Assembly: GCA_028284075.1 (NCBI GenBank)
Contig: JANQSL010000171.1
Coordinates: 26,378-90,377, forward strand
DNA length: 64,000 bases
Source of the DNA: Candidatus Sumerlaeia bacterium
GTDB taxonomy: Bacteria > Sumerlaeota > Sumerlaeia > SLMS01 > JAHLLQ01
Direction of reading: 5' to 3'
Translations under genes and position numbers: made by a program
Shown here: in pieces, positions 47,400 to 58,005 of the stretch
Numbering within the stretch: position 1 is the first letter of the stretch
Layout: the number at the start of each line of letters is the position of its first letter
Notes under the pieces: model-generated
What the model was told of the DNA's origin: nothing
What the model saw: only the letters and a program-made list of their open reading frames with translations
Databases searched by the model: none

Positions 47400-48683
47400 T
47401 CAATCCTTTGGTATCGACTGGTCCGGTTGAAGCGCGTACCGTATCTCGCAAACGTTTGTGTCTCCTACGCCCAGAGAAGCCAGCTTGCCAAGGAGTTCCT
47501 GACGTTCCGTATTGCTGTGGGCTGGAGCTGTCAGTGCCACAGCATCGTTCCACCGACCGGCAAGTGGCAACTCAACCTGTCGTGCAATTGTGTCCGGATC
47601 GTCACAAATGATTCGCAGGTAGCGCTCCGGATGCAGAATCCCTGTTCGTGCTCCCGCTTTGCCCGAAGGGCGGAAGCTCAATGGATTCAAATGTTTCAAT
47701 GAGTTTCTATCGCAGGCCTGGGCAATCAACATGACATCACTCAGGACCCCGCTGGAGGTTGAGCCCTGACCTGCTCCGGGCCCGGAGTACATGGTTGGTC
47801 CAATCGGGTCGCCTTCGACCCAGACTGTGTTGATGACACCGCGAACACGGCCCACGGGATGGTTTTCCGGTATGAAGGTGGGCCAGACGGAAAGCCCTGG
47901 CGCTCCAGAAGTATCTCGCACAGCAGTTGCCAGCAGCTTGATGGTTTGTCCTGTCCGCCTGGCGTGATCGAAGTCGACGGGCCGGATGCGGGTGATACCC
48001 TGGAGGACGACATCAGAGTCGCGAAGGTCCGTTTCATAGATTAATGACCCCAGAATGGCCAGCTTGTGTGCAGTGTCGTTTCCTTCAATATCGAGGGTTG
48101 GATCGGGTTCGGCATAGCCGAGACGCATGGCCTCTTTCAACACGGCTTCAAACTCAACGCCGGGTTGGTCCTCCATGGTGGAGAGTATGTAGTTGCAGGT
48201 TCCGTTGAGAATTCCATGCAGGGAGGTGATGGTGTTTGGTTGAAGGCCCGTTTGAAGAGAGCGAATGATGGGAATTCCGGCTCCGACACTTGCCTCGAAG
48301 AGAAGAAATGCCCCTCCCTTTTCCGCGATTTCAAACAGTTCCGCTCCGTATGTCGCGATCAGTGCCTTGTTTGCGGTAACGACATGCTTGCCGGCTTCGA
48401 GAGCGGCTCGGACGATCGTATTGGCGATCGTTGTTCCACCCACCAGTTCAATGACGACTTCCACCTCCGGATCGTTGACGATGCTGTTGTAATCACTGGT
48501 GAGTTCAATGCCTTCTGTCGAGACGTCACGGCCGCTCTCGAGATCCGTGTCACAAATGGTCTTCAGGACAATGGGACGAGGCAGTCGATCATTAATGATG
48601 GTGGCATATTCAGCAAGATGTCGAACAACACCTGTGCCGATGTTGCCAAAACCAATGAGGGCGATTTTCAGTGGTTTGCTCAT
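47400..48683 (-). CDS. hom: Homoserine dehydrogenase
   Basis: GFGNIG, ELVGG, VVTANKA, FEASVGAGIP, GILNGTCNYIL, GYAEPDP, GPGAG. Confidence 0.95.
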   Translation of the reverse strand: MSKPLKIALIGFGNIGTGVVRHLAEYATIINDRLPRPIVLKTICDTDLESGRDVSTEGIELTSDYNSIVNDPEVEVVIELVGGTTIANTIVRAALEAGKHVVTANKALIATYGAELFEIAEKGGAFLLFEASVGAGIPIIRSLQTGLQPNTITSLHGILNGTCNYILSTMEDQPGVEFEAVLKEAMRLGYAEPDPTLDIEGNDTAHKLAILGSLIYETDLRDSDVVLQGITRIRPVDFDHARRTGQTIKLLATAVRDTSGAPGLSVWPTFIPENHPVGRVRGVINTVWVEGDPIGPTMYSGPGAGQGSTSSGVLSDVMLIAQACDRNSLKHLNPLSFRPSGKAGARTGILHPERYLRIICDDPDTIARQVELPLAGRWNDAVALTAPAHSNTERQELLGKLASLGVGDTNVCEIRYALQPDQSIPKD

Positions 48684-48700
48684 GTTGTCCTCCGTATCCG

Positions 48701-49651
48701 TCAGGCGACCGGCGCGATGTGGGGTATGAATGTTGCCGGATCAAGGGATGGTATTGTCATCATGGCCTGAAGTTGTTTGATACGATCTTCGATCTCCACG
48801 GCCTGGAGACTGATGGTGCGTTTCAGGCTGAAGTCTTCCACGACGAAACTCGCCATGATGCTGCCGATGACTACCGCACGACGGATGTTTTCGTCGGTTG
48901 CAGTGCCCAGACGTGCAGCGTATCCCACCATACTTCCGGCGAAGGTGTCGCCTGCGCCAGTCGGGTCCTTGACATTGGAGACCGGAAAGGCGGGGATGGA
49001 GAGGTAGTGATCCTTCTGGAAGATCAGAGCTCCATGCTCGCCCTTCTTGATGACAACAGTGCGCGGGCCGAGTTGCAGAAGGGCGCGCCCCGCTTCGATC
49101 AGATTCGGTGTCTCACAAAACTGGCGCGCTTCATCTTCGTTCATCAGGAGCAGGGTGACCTGCCGAATGGCTTCCGTCAGTTCTTTTTTTGTGACTTCGA
49201 TCCAGAGATTCATCGTGTCGAGTGCGACAAGCTGCGGATTATCAAGCTGCTTGACTGCATGACACTGCAGGTCAGGATGAATGTTTGCAAGAAAGACGAA
49301 AGGCTTGCGGCGCTGCTCGGACGTCAGATCGGGGCGGAAGTGCTCGAAGACATTCAGCTCCGTTGTGTTCGTGTGTGCCATGGCCATGGTGCGTTCGTAG
49401 TATCCGGACCAGCGGAAGGTCTTTCCGTCCACCTCCTGGAGTCCGCTGGCGTCAATTCCCCGCTCCACGATTTGCGTGCGGTACTCCGGAGGGAAATCCC
49501 GGCCAACCACTGCGACGAGAGCCGTGGGCACGAAGTAGGACGCTGCGACGGAGCCGTAACACGCTGAGCCGCCCAGCGTTCCTTCGACGCGGCCATGGGG
49601 AGTCTCGACATCGTCGAGTGCGACAGAACCAATAACAAGAGCTTCAGACAC
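48701..49651 (-). CDS. PfkB-family carbohydrate/nucleoside kinase
   Basis: GSVALDDVETP, LGGSA, DTMNLWI, KKGEHG, DPTGAGDTFAG. GTG start after AAGGA. Confidence 0.92.
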   Translation of the reverse strand: MSEALVIGSVALDDVETPHGRVEGTLGGSACYGSVAASYFVPTALVAVVGRDFPPEYRTQIVERGIDASGLQEVDGKTFRWSGYYERTMAMAHTNTTELNVFEHFRPDLTSEQRRKPFVFLANIHPDLQCHAVKQLDNPQLVALDTMNLWIEVTKKELTEAIRQVTLLLMNEDEARQFCETPNLIEAGRALLQLGPRTVVIKKGEHGALIFQKDHYLSIPAFPVSNVKDPTGAGDTFAGSMVGYAARLGTATDENIRRAVVIGSIMASFVVEDFSLKRTISLQAVEIEDRIKQLQAMMTIPSLDPATFIPHIAPVA

Positions 49652-49871
49652 GGGGGAGTCCTTCAAGGGGAGTGTGGCGAATGTGCGCGGAAAACCCAGC
49701 GACCGGCCTGAGCTCGGCGCAACCCCGGAGTTCAGGAGGGAACGAAGCCTGTGCACAGAATCTCCACGGCAGGCGTCTACCACTTGAGGACACACCTGCG
49801 CCGCCAAACCCGCCTTTCGGATTCATGGTCAAATGGGTGCATACGCATTGAGTAACCGGAGGTACGAATGA

Positions 49872-51620
49872 ATGACCGACACACAGGAAGCCGGAGGTCC
49901 CCCGTCCGGTCGCATCGCACGGCTTAAGAGTCGCCCCTTTCTTGCCGCTCTCATCGAGAGCAACGTTCTTTACGTCGTTAGTGCTCTGCTCGTCATGTCT
50001 GGATGCCGAATGCTGATGCACTCGGATAGCATTGTCGGCAGTGAGTTTCAAAAAACCCTCAAGGCACTTCTGATTTTGCAGGGCTATGAAGTGCTTCTGC
50101 TGGGCACGGCTCTGCTGATTGTCCGGCGGCTCCGCATTGTCAGTGATGCCGGCAAGCTCTTCACCATTGGATTCATTTTACTGCTCGATCCGACGTTCTT
50201 CAGCAACTCTTTTCATACTCTCTACCTGCTGGACGGGGGAGTCGTCGAAAGCCTTGGTGTGAATCTGGTCTGCTTCGCCCTGGCCCCCGTGAAGCTTCTT
50301 ATCGCAATCAGCATTCTCAACATCCATCTCTCACCGCGCATGTGGTTTGCTTTTTGTGTCGCATGCGCCATCGTCTATCTTGCGGAGTTTCCCATCGCCC
50401 GTGAGGCACCGGGGCGTTTTCTGGAAGAGGCTTACTACATATTTGCATGGACCCCTTTCGTTCTCGCCTGTGCCATGCCGGGACTCCATCGTGCGGGGCG
50501 GTTTACCGGCCCACGAGGCTATGCGACGGATCTTCAGCGTCGTCGTCTTCCGCGGATTCTTGTACTCACTCCTCTGGCGTTTGCTGTTCTGCACTACTTC
50601 GAAACAGCCATTGTGCATGAAGTGAACTTCGCGGCCTTCAATCTGGCGCCAATTGTTCTCTTGATTGTTCCTGTTGTTATCGCGAATACGTTCTTGGAAG
50701 ATATTCGGTCCACGCGTTTGCGGGGAATTGACGTTGTTGTTGCCGGATGTCTTCTGCTGTCCAGTCCATGGTTCGTTCCTGACTGGGGGCGCGATTCCAT
50801 GACCTTTCCAGGTCAGATCGTTCCCGTTACTGTTGTCGCAGCCATTGCCGTTCTTTTGTATGGTGTCTGGTGGATCAAGTTTGGCGATCATCGTGTTGTC
50901 TGGAGAATCAGCCTCATTGGAGCGGTCGGGTTCGGATATTTCGCAATACGATCAGGCGCAATTGCATGGATTCTCGAAAACATTCTCATCGTTTTCGAGT
51001 TCGGGCTTCATCATCTGACATTCCACAGTCTGTACTTCATCGCCATACTCTGGCTCACCGCAATCGGACTGGCGTGGTGGAAGAAGCATCCAGTCACATG
51101 GATTGGTGCCGGTGTTATGACGGCTGTCTTTGTCATCGACCGACTTGGTCAACCTCTTGCCACGCTGGTTCCAGAGCTTGCTCAGGCATCATTGCTGTTT
51201 ACCGCCATTCTTGCTTTGCGTTTCGGTGACCATCGCCGTCTTGCCTTAAGAGTGGTCACGGTTGCCTGTATTGTCGGACTGGTGCGATATGGCTACACTG
51301 CCGAGGCAATACACTTCGCCGTCTTTGCCTTTGAAATCCTATTCACCACACTTCTCGCCGTCGTGTTACGAGACCGGCGCTTTGCCATTGTCGCGGTAGC
51401 GGGATCGCTTGCTTTCGGTGTATGGATACAGCGGAACAACATCGGTGCCATTAGCTGGCAGGTCACGGTGCTTCTCGCGGGTTTGCTTGCATTCGCGGGA
51501 GCGGTCTGGGTCACCTTCGCCAAGGATCGGTTGCTGCTACGTGTTGGATATCCAGACTCAGCCGCATCCTCGCATATTGACGTGTCGGGTGTTTCTCCGC
51601 CTCAGGATTCAATCACCTGA
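49872..51620 (+). CDS. Polytopic integral membrane protein of unknown function
   Basis: GGAGG RBS; many hydrophobic helices; N-terminal LYVVSALLV...YEVLL...LLLD motif. Confidence 0.75.
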   Translation: MTDTQEAGGPPSGRIARLKSRPFLAALIESNVLYVVSALLVMSGCRMLMHSDSIVGSEFQKTLKALLILQGYEVLLLGTALLIVRRLRIVSDAGKLFTIGFILLLDPTFFSNSFHTLYLLDGGVVESLGVNLVCFALAPVKLLIAISILNIHLSPRMWFAFCVACAIVYLAEFPIAREAPGRFLEEAYYIFAWTPFVLACAMPGLHRAGRFTGPRGYATDLQRRRLPRILVLTPLAFAVLHYFETAIVHEVNFAAFNLAPIVLLIVPVVIANTFLEDIRSTRLRGIDVVVAGCLLLSSPWFVPDWGRDSMTFPGQIVPVTVVAAIAVLLYGVWWIKFGDHRVVWRISLIGAVGFGYFAIRSGAIAWILENILIVFEFGLHHLTFHSLYFIAILWLTAIGLAWWKKHPVTWIGAGVMTAVFVIDRLGQPLATLVPELAQASLLFTAILALRFGDHRRLALRVVTVACIVGLVRYGYTAEAIHFAVFAFEILFTTLLAVVLRDRRFAIVAVAGSLAFGVWIQRNNIGAISWQVTVLLAGLLAFAGAVWVTFAKDRLLLRVGYPDSAASSHIDVSGVSPPQDSIT

Positions 51621-51765
51621 CCAGTAGAAAACAACTCGAGAGGGGAGGCTGTAACCAGTCTCTCTTCTTCCTGTTTCAGGAAGTAACTCGTATCTTGACG
51701 TTGTTGCCGTGCGAGCGGCAGCGGTTAATTCCACAATCGAGTCCGACGGATGGAAGAGATCGCGC

Positions 51766-53970
51766 ATGTTTCAGCAAACAGTTTCGACGTTACTTCTGAC
51801 ATTCTTGAGTGGAGCGGCAATGGCTTCACCTCTTCAGCTGAAGGAGTCGGGATTCACTTATCTGGTTGATCCGGAGACCCTTGCTCTCGAGCGGGTCACT
51901 GAAGCTGAAACCATCAGCCTTTCCTCGTCTCAGGTACTGCGCAAAGTGGATAATCTGGAAGTGGAGGAGGGGCAGGCATCGTGGGATTTCCCGGAGGAAG
52001 GACTCGCGATTGAGTGCCGCATTCTCGCATCCGGTGCCTTTGAGCTGACGGCGCGTGGCGAGCCCGGCTCGCGCTTTCACTGGCCCGCGGGAGAGGTGGA
52101 GAAGAGCGCACGGATTATCCTCGCACGGAATTCGGGACTTCTGGTTTCGCCGGATGATCCGTTTTGGAGAGACATTCTTCTGGCGACAGAGTGGGATACT
52201 CTTGAGAAAATGTCGATGCCGGTCTTCGGTTTTCTTGATGGGAAGCATGGTGTTTCCTGGATGACGTCTTCCGTCTTTCGCAATGAGCTGGATTTTGAGG
52301 AGAGTGGATCCTCCTCCAGCCTGAGTTTCACCTTTAGTCACCATTTTCATCCCAAGTCGTCCGAAAACGAAATCACTTTCAGAGTCATCGTGGATGAGAA
52401 CGCCTCTCCCATTAGTCCGGCTCTTTACTACCGAGAGTGGCTTGATGAGACGGGCCGCGTAACAACGCTGAAACAGAAGATGGAGACGGTCCCGCAGGTG
52501 GAGCGTCTTCCCGGCGCACCTCATGTTTATCTCTGGGGAGGATCCGCTGTTTCCTGGCTGGATATTCAACCCCGTGCATTGAAGGAATTTTGCACCAGTC
52601 TTATTTCAGAGATGGGTGATCCCGAGTCGGTGGCGGCGCGCCTCCGCGCACACTTCAGTGGTGAGCAATGGAAACAGGTTGAGCAGTGCGTGCAGGAGGA
52701 ATGGCCCCACAAGTATATGAAACAGCAGATCGCCGCGGGTATCTCTGCCGCCCTCGAGTCGACGGAGTTTGGAAGTGATTCGCCGGACCCCGCGAATCGC
52801 CTTCAGGAAAACGCCGCGATCCTGGTGGAAGCCTTTCCGAATGCCTTCCTGCCGCCGGAAGTGTGGGGTAACGGCGATTCCATCAAGATGCTGAAGGGTC
52901 TGGCGGACCTCGGCTTTGCGAATCTCAAGCTGTGTTTTCCCGGTTGGGAAAGTGTCGAGCAACGACCCTGGGTGGCCACAGACGCCGACAACAGGGGTTG
53001 GTTGATTGGTACTTACGATTCATATCACAGCATTCACAATCCGGCCAGTGCCGGGACGGATAACACCTGGACGACAGCTCAGATGACTTCGGAGCTTTGG
53101 GAAAACGGTGGGGTCATGCAAGAGGACGGCACATTTCTAAGGGGATTTAAGGGGATCGGGAGAAAACTGAATCCTCTTGCAGGCCGGGTGTTCTATGAAG
53201 AGCGCACCAGTGCTATTCTAAAGTCCGTTCCTTTCAATTATTACTTCATCGATTGCGATGCGTATGGCGAAGTATATGATGACTATCACCCGGAACATCC
53301 GAACTCGATGGAGGAAGACGCGGAGGAACGAACGCGTCGGCTTGGCTGGCTGGCCAGCGAGAAGAATGTCGTTGTGGGTTCGGAGGGAGGGAATATTTAT
53401 GCCCTCGAGGGAGTTCATGTTCTCGAGGGCGTGTTCGGTCCGTACTTCGGTTGGGGAGATGAGGATCTGATGAATCCGGATTCCGATTTCTTCCGAGGTA
53501 AATACTACCCTCCCGACCAACCCGGGATCAACTTCAAGCCCGTTCCCATGAAGGAGAAATACCGGAAGCTCCACTACGATCCAGCCGTTCGCATTCCTCT
53601 GTTTCAGGCTGCCTTTCACGATGCGGTTATAACGACACATCACTGGTCGAACGACCGGTTCAAGTATCCCGAGATGACAAAAACTGTCGAGTTGTTTGAG
53701 CTGCTCTGGATGTGCCCACCGATGGTTCACCTCAATCTTCAAACTCTCAAAGAGCGCGGAACCAGTCTCAAACGGCACTGCGAAATTTGGTCACCCTTGC
53801 ATCGCAAACTCGGATTTGCCCGCATGACAGGTTTCCGTTATCTGACAGACGACCACCTGGTCCAGGAGACAACCTGGGAAGATGGAACGCGAATCGTCGT
53901 CAATTTTGGAGAGAGCGGCTATGAAGACAAAGGCGTTGTTGTCGAGAGCGGTAAAGCGCTGGTGCAGTAA
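51766..53970 (+). CDS. Secreted GH129-like glycoside hydrolase
   Basis: Signal peptide AMA|S; L.GAPHVYLWG, GTYDSYH, FIDCDAYGE.YDDY, GSEGG, PLFQAAFHD..ITTHHW. Confidence 0.72.
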   Translation: MFQQTVSTLLLTFLSGAAMASPLQLKESGFTYLVDPETLALERVTEAETISLSSSQVLRKVDNLEVEEGQASWDFPEEGLAIECRILASGAFELTARGEPGSRFHWPAGEVEKSARIILARNSGLLVSPDDPFWRDILLATEWDTLEKMSMPVFGFLDGKHGVSWMTSSVFRNELDFEESGSSSSLSFTFSHHFHPKSSENEITFRVIVDENASPISPALYYREWLDETGRVTTLKQKMETVPQVERLPGAPHVYLWGGSAVSWLDIQPRALKEFCTSLISEMGDPESVAARLRAHFSGEQWKQVEQCVQEEWPHKYMKQQIAAGISAALESTEFGSDSPDPANRLQENAAILVEAFPNAFLPPEVWGNGDSIKMLKGLADLGFANLKLCFPGWESVEQRPWVATDADNRGWLIGTYDSYHSIHNPASAGTDNTWTTAQMTSELWENGGVMQEDGTFLRGFKGIGRKLNPLAGRVFYEERTSAILKSVPFNYYFIDCDAYGEVYDDYHPEHPNSMEEDAEERTRRLGWLASEKNVVVGSEGGNIYALEGVHVLEGVFGPYFGWGDEDLMNPDSDFFRGKYYPPDQPGINFKPVPMKEKYRKLHYDPAVRIPLFQAAFHDAVITTHHWSNDRFKYPEMTKTVELFELLWMCPPMVHLNLQTLKERGTSLKRHCEIWSPLHRKLGFARMTGFRYLTDDHLVQETTWEDGTRIVVNFGESGYEDKGVVVESGKALVQ

Positions 53971-54004
53971 CCATTCCCATGAACAGCGATCGTCGAAATA
54001 ACAG

Positions 54005-54625
54005 TCACCCCATTTTGAAAACTTTTCCCAGCTCTCCGTAGGACCCGGCACCGAGCCTTGCCAGAGGGTTAAGCTTCTCGGGATTGACGCGCTCATTTTC
54101 CATAACGGACTCGTTCGCATGGATCTTCAGCACTTCACCCAGGATCAATGTACTGCGAAACCGCCCGAGCTGAAGAGATTCATAAAGCCGGCATTCAAAA
54201 TGCACTGGTGAAATCGCGAGGCGTGGCGGGCGCACGGCTTCGCTTGGGATTGTTTCCAGATCGAGGGCCTTCACTTCGCTGACGTCCGGAGGCATATCCT
54301 CGCCTGACCGGTTCACGGTCTCCGCCATTGGCACGGTGCATACATTGACAACGAACTCTCCCGTCTCGACGATGTTTCTCGCGGTATCCTTGAGCACCAT
54401 GCCACGTTCCCCGGGACGGGCGCCGATACCCAAGATGATCAGCGGCGGCTCGGAGCACACTGCATTGAAGTAGGAAAAAGGTGCCGCATTCAATACTTCA
54501 CCCTCCGGATCGAGGGAGGTGACAAACGCGATGGGGCGCGGCACGACACACGCTGTCATGAGAAAGTAGCGTTGCTTCACACTCAGATCGGACATGTTTT
54601 TTGTGACCCAGTTTTCGGCAGACAT
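54005..54625 (-). CDS. Flavin reductase-like (DIM6/NTAB) protein
   Basis: VVPRPIAFVTS, NAAPFSYFN, KDTARNI..TGEFVVN, PLARLG..Y. Confidence 0.9.
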   Translation of the reverse strand: MSAENWVTKNMSDLSVKQRYFLMTACVVPRPIAFVTSLDPEGEVLNAAPFSYFNAVCSEPPLIILGIGARPGERGMVLKDTARNIVETGEFVVNVCTVPMAETVNRSGEDMPPDVSEVKALDLETIPSEAVRPPRLAISPVHFECRLYESLQLGRFRSTLILGEVLKIHANESVMENERVNPEKLNPLARLGAGSYGELGKVFKMG

Positions 54626-55889
54626 TGGCAGGTTCCTCCAGTATTTTGAGGTTTTCCCTGGCATCCCTCGCAGGGGGTGGTCAATCAGGTGCGTTCTGTC
54701 ACTGGCGCTGCTGTCGCTATTTTCCGCGTCAGTCCTGCACGCTCAATACCTTGACTGCGACATCTGCCGACGGCCCATCAGTGGCCGCTACAACGTTTGG
54801 ACTGATGGCAATGGTCGGAAGCATGACATTTGCCAATCCTGCGAGGCCCATGCACCGAGATGTGACCTGTGCGACATGCCGACGAAGAACCGTGCTGTCA
54901 GCAACGGCGATCACCTCTGCGACACTTGCAGCCGTGTTGCGGTTGGATGCTTTGTTTGCCGCGAGTTGATCCGTGGTGGCTATACAGAGTACAGGCTTGA
55001 AAACGGGGCTCGTCACCGTGTCTGCGGCGATTGCCGCAAGACAGCATCGAAGTGCGTGGCCTGCGAAACGCCCTTTGCCCCGCGGGAACTCAGCAAGGTG
55101 CGCGGTGAAGAGGAACTCTGGTGCAGGCACTGTCTTGCCGGCGCGACTCACTGTGAGCTTTGTCTGGATCCCGTTCATGGTACGGCCTATCGTCTTCAGT
55201 TTACTGACGGCGTGTGGTGCTCACAATGTTTCGAATCAACCGAGAAATGCTATTATTGTCAGCGGCCGATGCGAGAACGGGCCCGTGCCGCCCATGCGGG
55301 ATACGGAATGTGCCGCAATTGTGCCGAAAGGGCTCTTTTCGGGAGCGAAACCTTTGTCGTCATCTCGCGGCAGATAAGGCCGTTTTTGGAGAATCTGCTT
55401 TCCCGTCCGTTAGAGATGCCGTCCGTGGAGGCTGTCACTCTCGGCCAGCTCAAGCAGGCCATGGCTTTGGCAAGCGAGGATGAGTCCCACGGTTTTCTGA
55501 GCCCGATCGTTCCAGAGGTAGCCCACGAACTGGGCCTTTTTATCGCGAGTGGTTCATCACGCCGCGTTTTGATTCTCGATGGACTGCCGACAGACAGTGC
55601 GTGGGAGACCATTGCCCACGAACTTGCTCATGCCTGGCAGTTTCAGCATTATCCGCAGGCGACCGATCCTCTCATCGTCGAGGGTTTTGCACAGTGGGTT
55701 GCCGCGGAGATTTGCCGTCAAACGGACAAGCGCTCCGGTCTGGAGCGGCTCTATCGCCGAGGAGACGACTACGGCTTTGGGCTACGTCTGATCGACCGGG
55801 TCGAGGCGGAACTGGGCCGTGGCGCTGTTCTTAAAGTGTTGAACGACAATGCTTTTCCGCCCGGTTTCGGGCCTGCACGGGCTCCCTGA
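54594..55889 (+). CDS. Multi-CxxC (LIM-like) zinc-finger protein with DA1-type metalloprotease domain
   Basis: 12 CxxC motifs; IAHELAHAW (HExxH) and EGFAQW; possible signal peptide LHA|Q. Start uncertain. Confidence 0.8.
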   Translation: MFFVTQFSADIGRFLQYFEVFPGIPRRGWSIRCVLSLALLSLFSASVLHAQYLDCDICRRPISGRYNVWTDGNGRKHDICQSCEAHAPRCDLCDMPTKNRAVSNGDHLCDTCSRVAVGCFVCRELIRGGYTEYRLENGARHRVCGDCRKTASKCVACETPFAPRELSKVRGEEELWCRHCLAGATHCELCLDPVHGTAYRLQFTDGVWCSQCFESTEKCYYCQRPMRERARAAHAGYGMCRNCAERALFGSETFVVISRQIRPFLENLLSRPLEMPSVEAVTLGQLKQAMALASEDESHGFLSPIVPEVAHELGLFIASGSSRRVLILDGLPTDSAWETIAHELAHAWQFQHYPQATDPLIVEGFAQWVAAEICRQTDKRSGLERLYRRGDDYGFGLRLIDRVEAELGRGAVLKVLNDNAFPPGFGPARAP

Positions 55890-55995
55890 TAAAGGGCCTT
55901 CTGATTCGCATCGAAAAAGTGAATTTCGGGTTTGCATTCGAGGGGCGTTCTGAGTAGCCACTACCGCGTCTTTCGCAGCCGATCAGGCTGCCAGT

Positions 55996-56071
55996 GCCTC
56001 CTTAGCTCAATTGGTAGAGCAGCGGACTCTTAATCCGTTGGTTCTAGGTTCGAGTCCTAGAGGGGGTACCA
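55996..56071 (+). tRNA. tRNA-Lys(CTT)
   Basis: Full cloverleaf: GCCTCCT/AGGGGGT, GCTC-AATTGGTA-GAGC, GCGGA-CTCTTAA-TCCGT, CTAGG-TTCGAGT-CCTAG, encoded CCA. Confidence 0.97.
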
Positions 56072-56077
56072 CTCATT

Positions 56078-56737
56078 TCAAACAACTTGCGCAATTCGCC
56101 GTTCAGGCTCCGATTGCCGAGGTTGCAAAAAGTTGTAAATTGCATCCTCCAACGGCCGGATCACCAACTGGCGAAACAGTGCAATTTGCTTCTCCAGTGC
56201 GCGTTCTTCGCCTGAGGTGTTCGAGGCTAGGCGCGGAACGTAGTGTCGATCTGTTACGCTCTTTGGAGCATGGCCAATATACTGCTCCCAGACGGTTCCC
56301 TGAATTCCCTCAGCCGTGGCGAATGAGGGAAGACAGTTCCGGAGATCCTTCGGTGCCCAAGAGCAGGTCGGATTCCACGCGCGAAGCGCCTTACGCATCC
56401 GTGTGCTGTAGGATGTGAAGTCCGCGTATGGAAAGCCGCGTTCACCCACAACCACGACGTCGGTCTCCTTTGCAGCACCTTCCTCTGCCCGGGATTTCGC
56501 ACACAGCAATGCATCCTGCACCTTTTTGCAGATCGGTATGACCCGATTGCGGTACTCGTTTTTGACCTCGCCCGAGATCTCGACAAGACCGCGCTCCAGA
56601 TCAACCCTGTCCCAGGTCAGGCGCAAAGCCTCCAGAAGCTGGAGACCGGCAGGCCCCCTTTCCTCAAACCTGTACGACCCCGCCTCCTTGACCGGCTCGG
56701 GAAGAACACTCCAGACAATATAAGATAGTGGCTTCAA
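56078..56737 (-). pseudogene. N-terminally truncated tyrosine recombinase/integrase
   Basis: AGLQLLEALRLTWDRVDL, VKNEYRNRVIP, PKDLRN, YIGHA...TDRHY. No core-binding domain; abuts the tRNA 3' end. Confidence 0.8.
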
Positions 56738-58005
56738 TCTACGGGAGAATCGAAATCAATCGTGGCAAACTAGAACACTTGATCCGTAAGCTTGAAATTG
56801 GGGTCGAAGAGTGAAACACCGGTTCATCATCACTGCGGCAATCCTCACGGCCTTGATTCGAGGGAGGGTCACTGCCCCGGGGCGTTGAATCATGATCGAT
56901 CTCTCCGATCATCAGGGCTGGGTTGAAATCAGGGAAAATGGGATCATCACGAGTGAATGGCGGCCCAGTGACGGAGAAGCCTTTCAGATTTTGACTGACC
57001 TTCTGGGAATCATTGGAACAGATTCCCTCAAATACACGAGACTGATCACCTGACTTATGGCGAAGAGATGTTCATGGAAAACGTTCAGAGAGAAGTGGCT
57101 GCCCTGTTCTCATTCCTGTCGATGAAGGTGAGCACCTGAGTCACGCCGTCCGGACCCGGAAGCGGATCATGGTTTCCGGCCACGGTAAAAGTACTTTCGC
57201 ATTGGCGTAGGGGTCATCTAGCTATGATACAGCCCTGATGTTGCCACTACCCTTGGAATGTTAGTTTTCCATATTCCTGGCCTTCCGGGGAACGTTTCCA
57301 ATCGGCCGATTTCTGAGGGCGCCCTGTTGCCTAGGGAGCAGGCCGACGGATGGGTCATCCGCAGGCTTGCGAGTTCGATTATGGAGCAGGAGGATATCTG
57401 CTTGATTGCAAAAACGAGTGCCATTGTTCGCGAAGGGTGTTGCATTGAGCAAAGTCTTCGGGATGCGGATTGTAAACCGAAATACAAATGCGATGGCATC
57501 GCATCACCCATGTATTTCTCCTTGACCATTCCATCAGAATCACAAGACTAGCCTTCAATCCGTCTACACTCGAAAACATGTCGGATGGAGGGAGTTGTTC
57601 AGGAGACGCAGGTATTGCCTGATGCTGCTCCTATATATAGGGCTTCATGAGCCGATGCCTTAAGCTGGTTTCGGCTCACAATCGGTACATTTTTTTGGCG
57701 ACAACGTCATGAGGAGGGCACCGTGTTCCATCCCGAGGGTATTCCTTTGTCCAGAGCTCTCGTTCTTTCTTTTGGGAAAACTCCAGGTTTTGTCCTGCTG
57801 ACTGCTCTTCCTGATAGTGGCCCATCCGGGTCACATCACGAAGTGCAGACCCGGTGCTTCAAGAGCGAAGGTTTGAGTAAGCGGACGGCGGTATGTTGAG
57901 GTGCGTGAACTCTCCGTGGAGCGGTTTGTTTTACTGGGAATCATCAGCCGGCAACCGAATTTGAATATGTCACCGTTTTCGACCGCATTTGAAGGGATCA
58001 GGGTA

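Noticed and set aside
54740-55330. Multiheme cytochrome c
   Set aside because: None of the CxxC motifs is followed by His.
56011-56418. 135-aa ORF MVEQRTLNPLVLGSSP...
   Set aside because: Spurious translation through tRNA-Lys and the antisense strand of the integrase.
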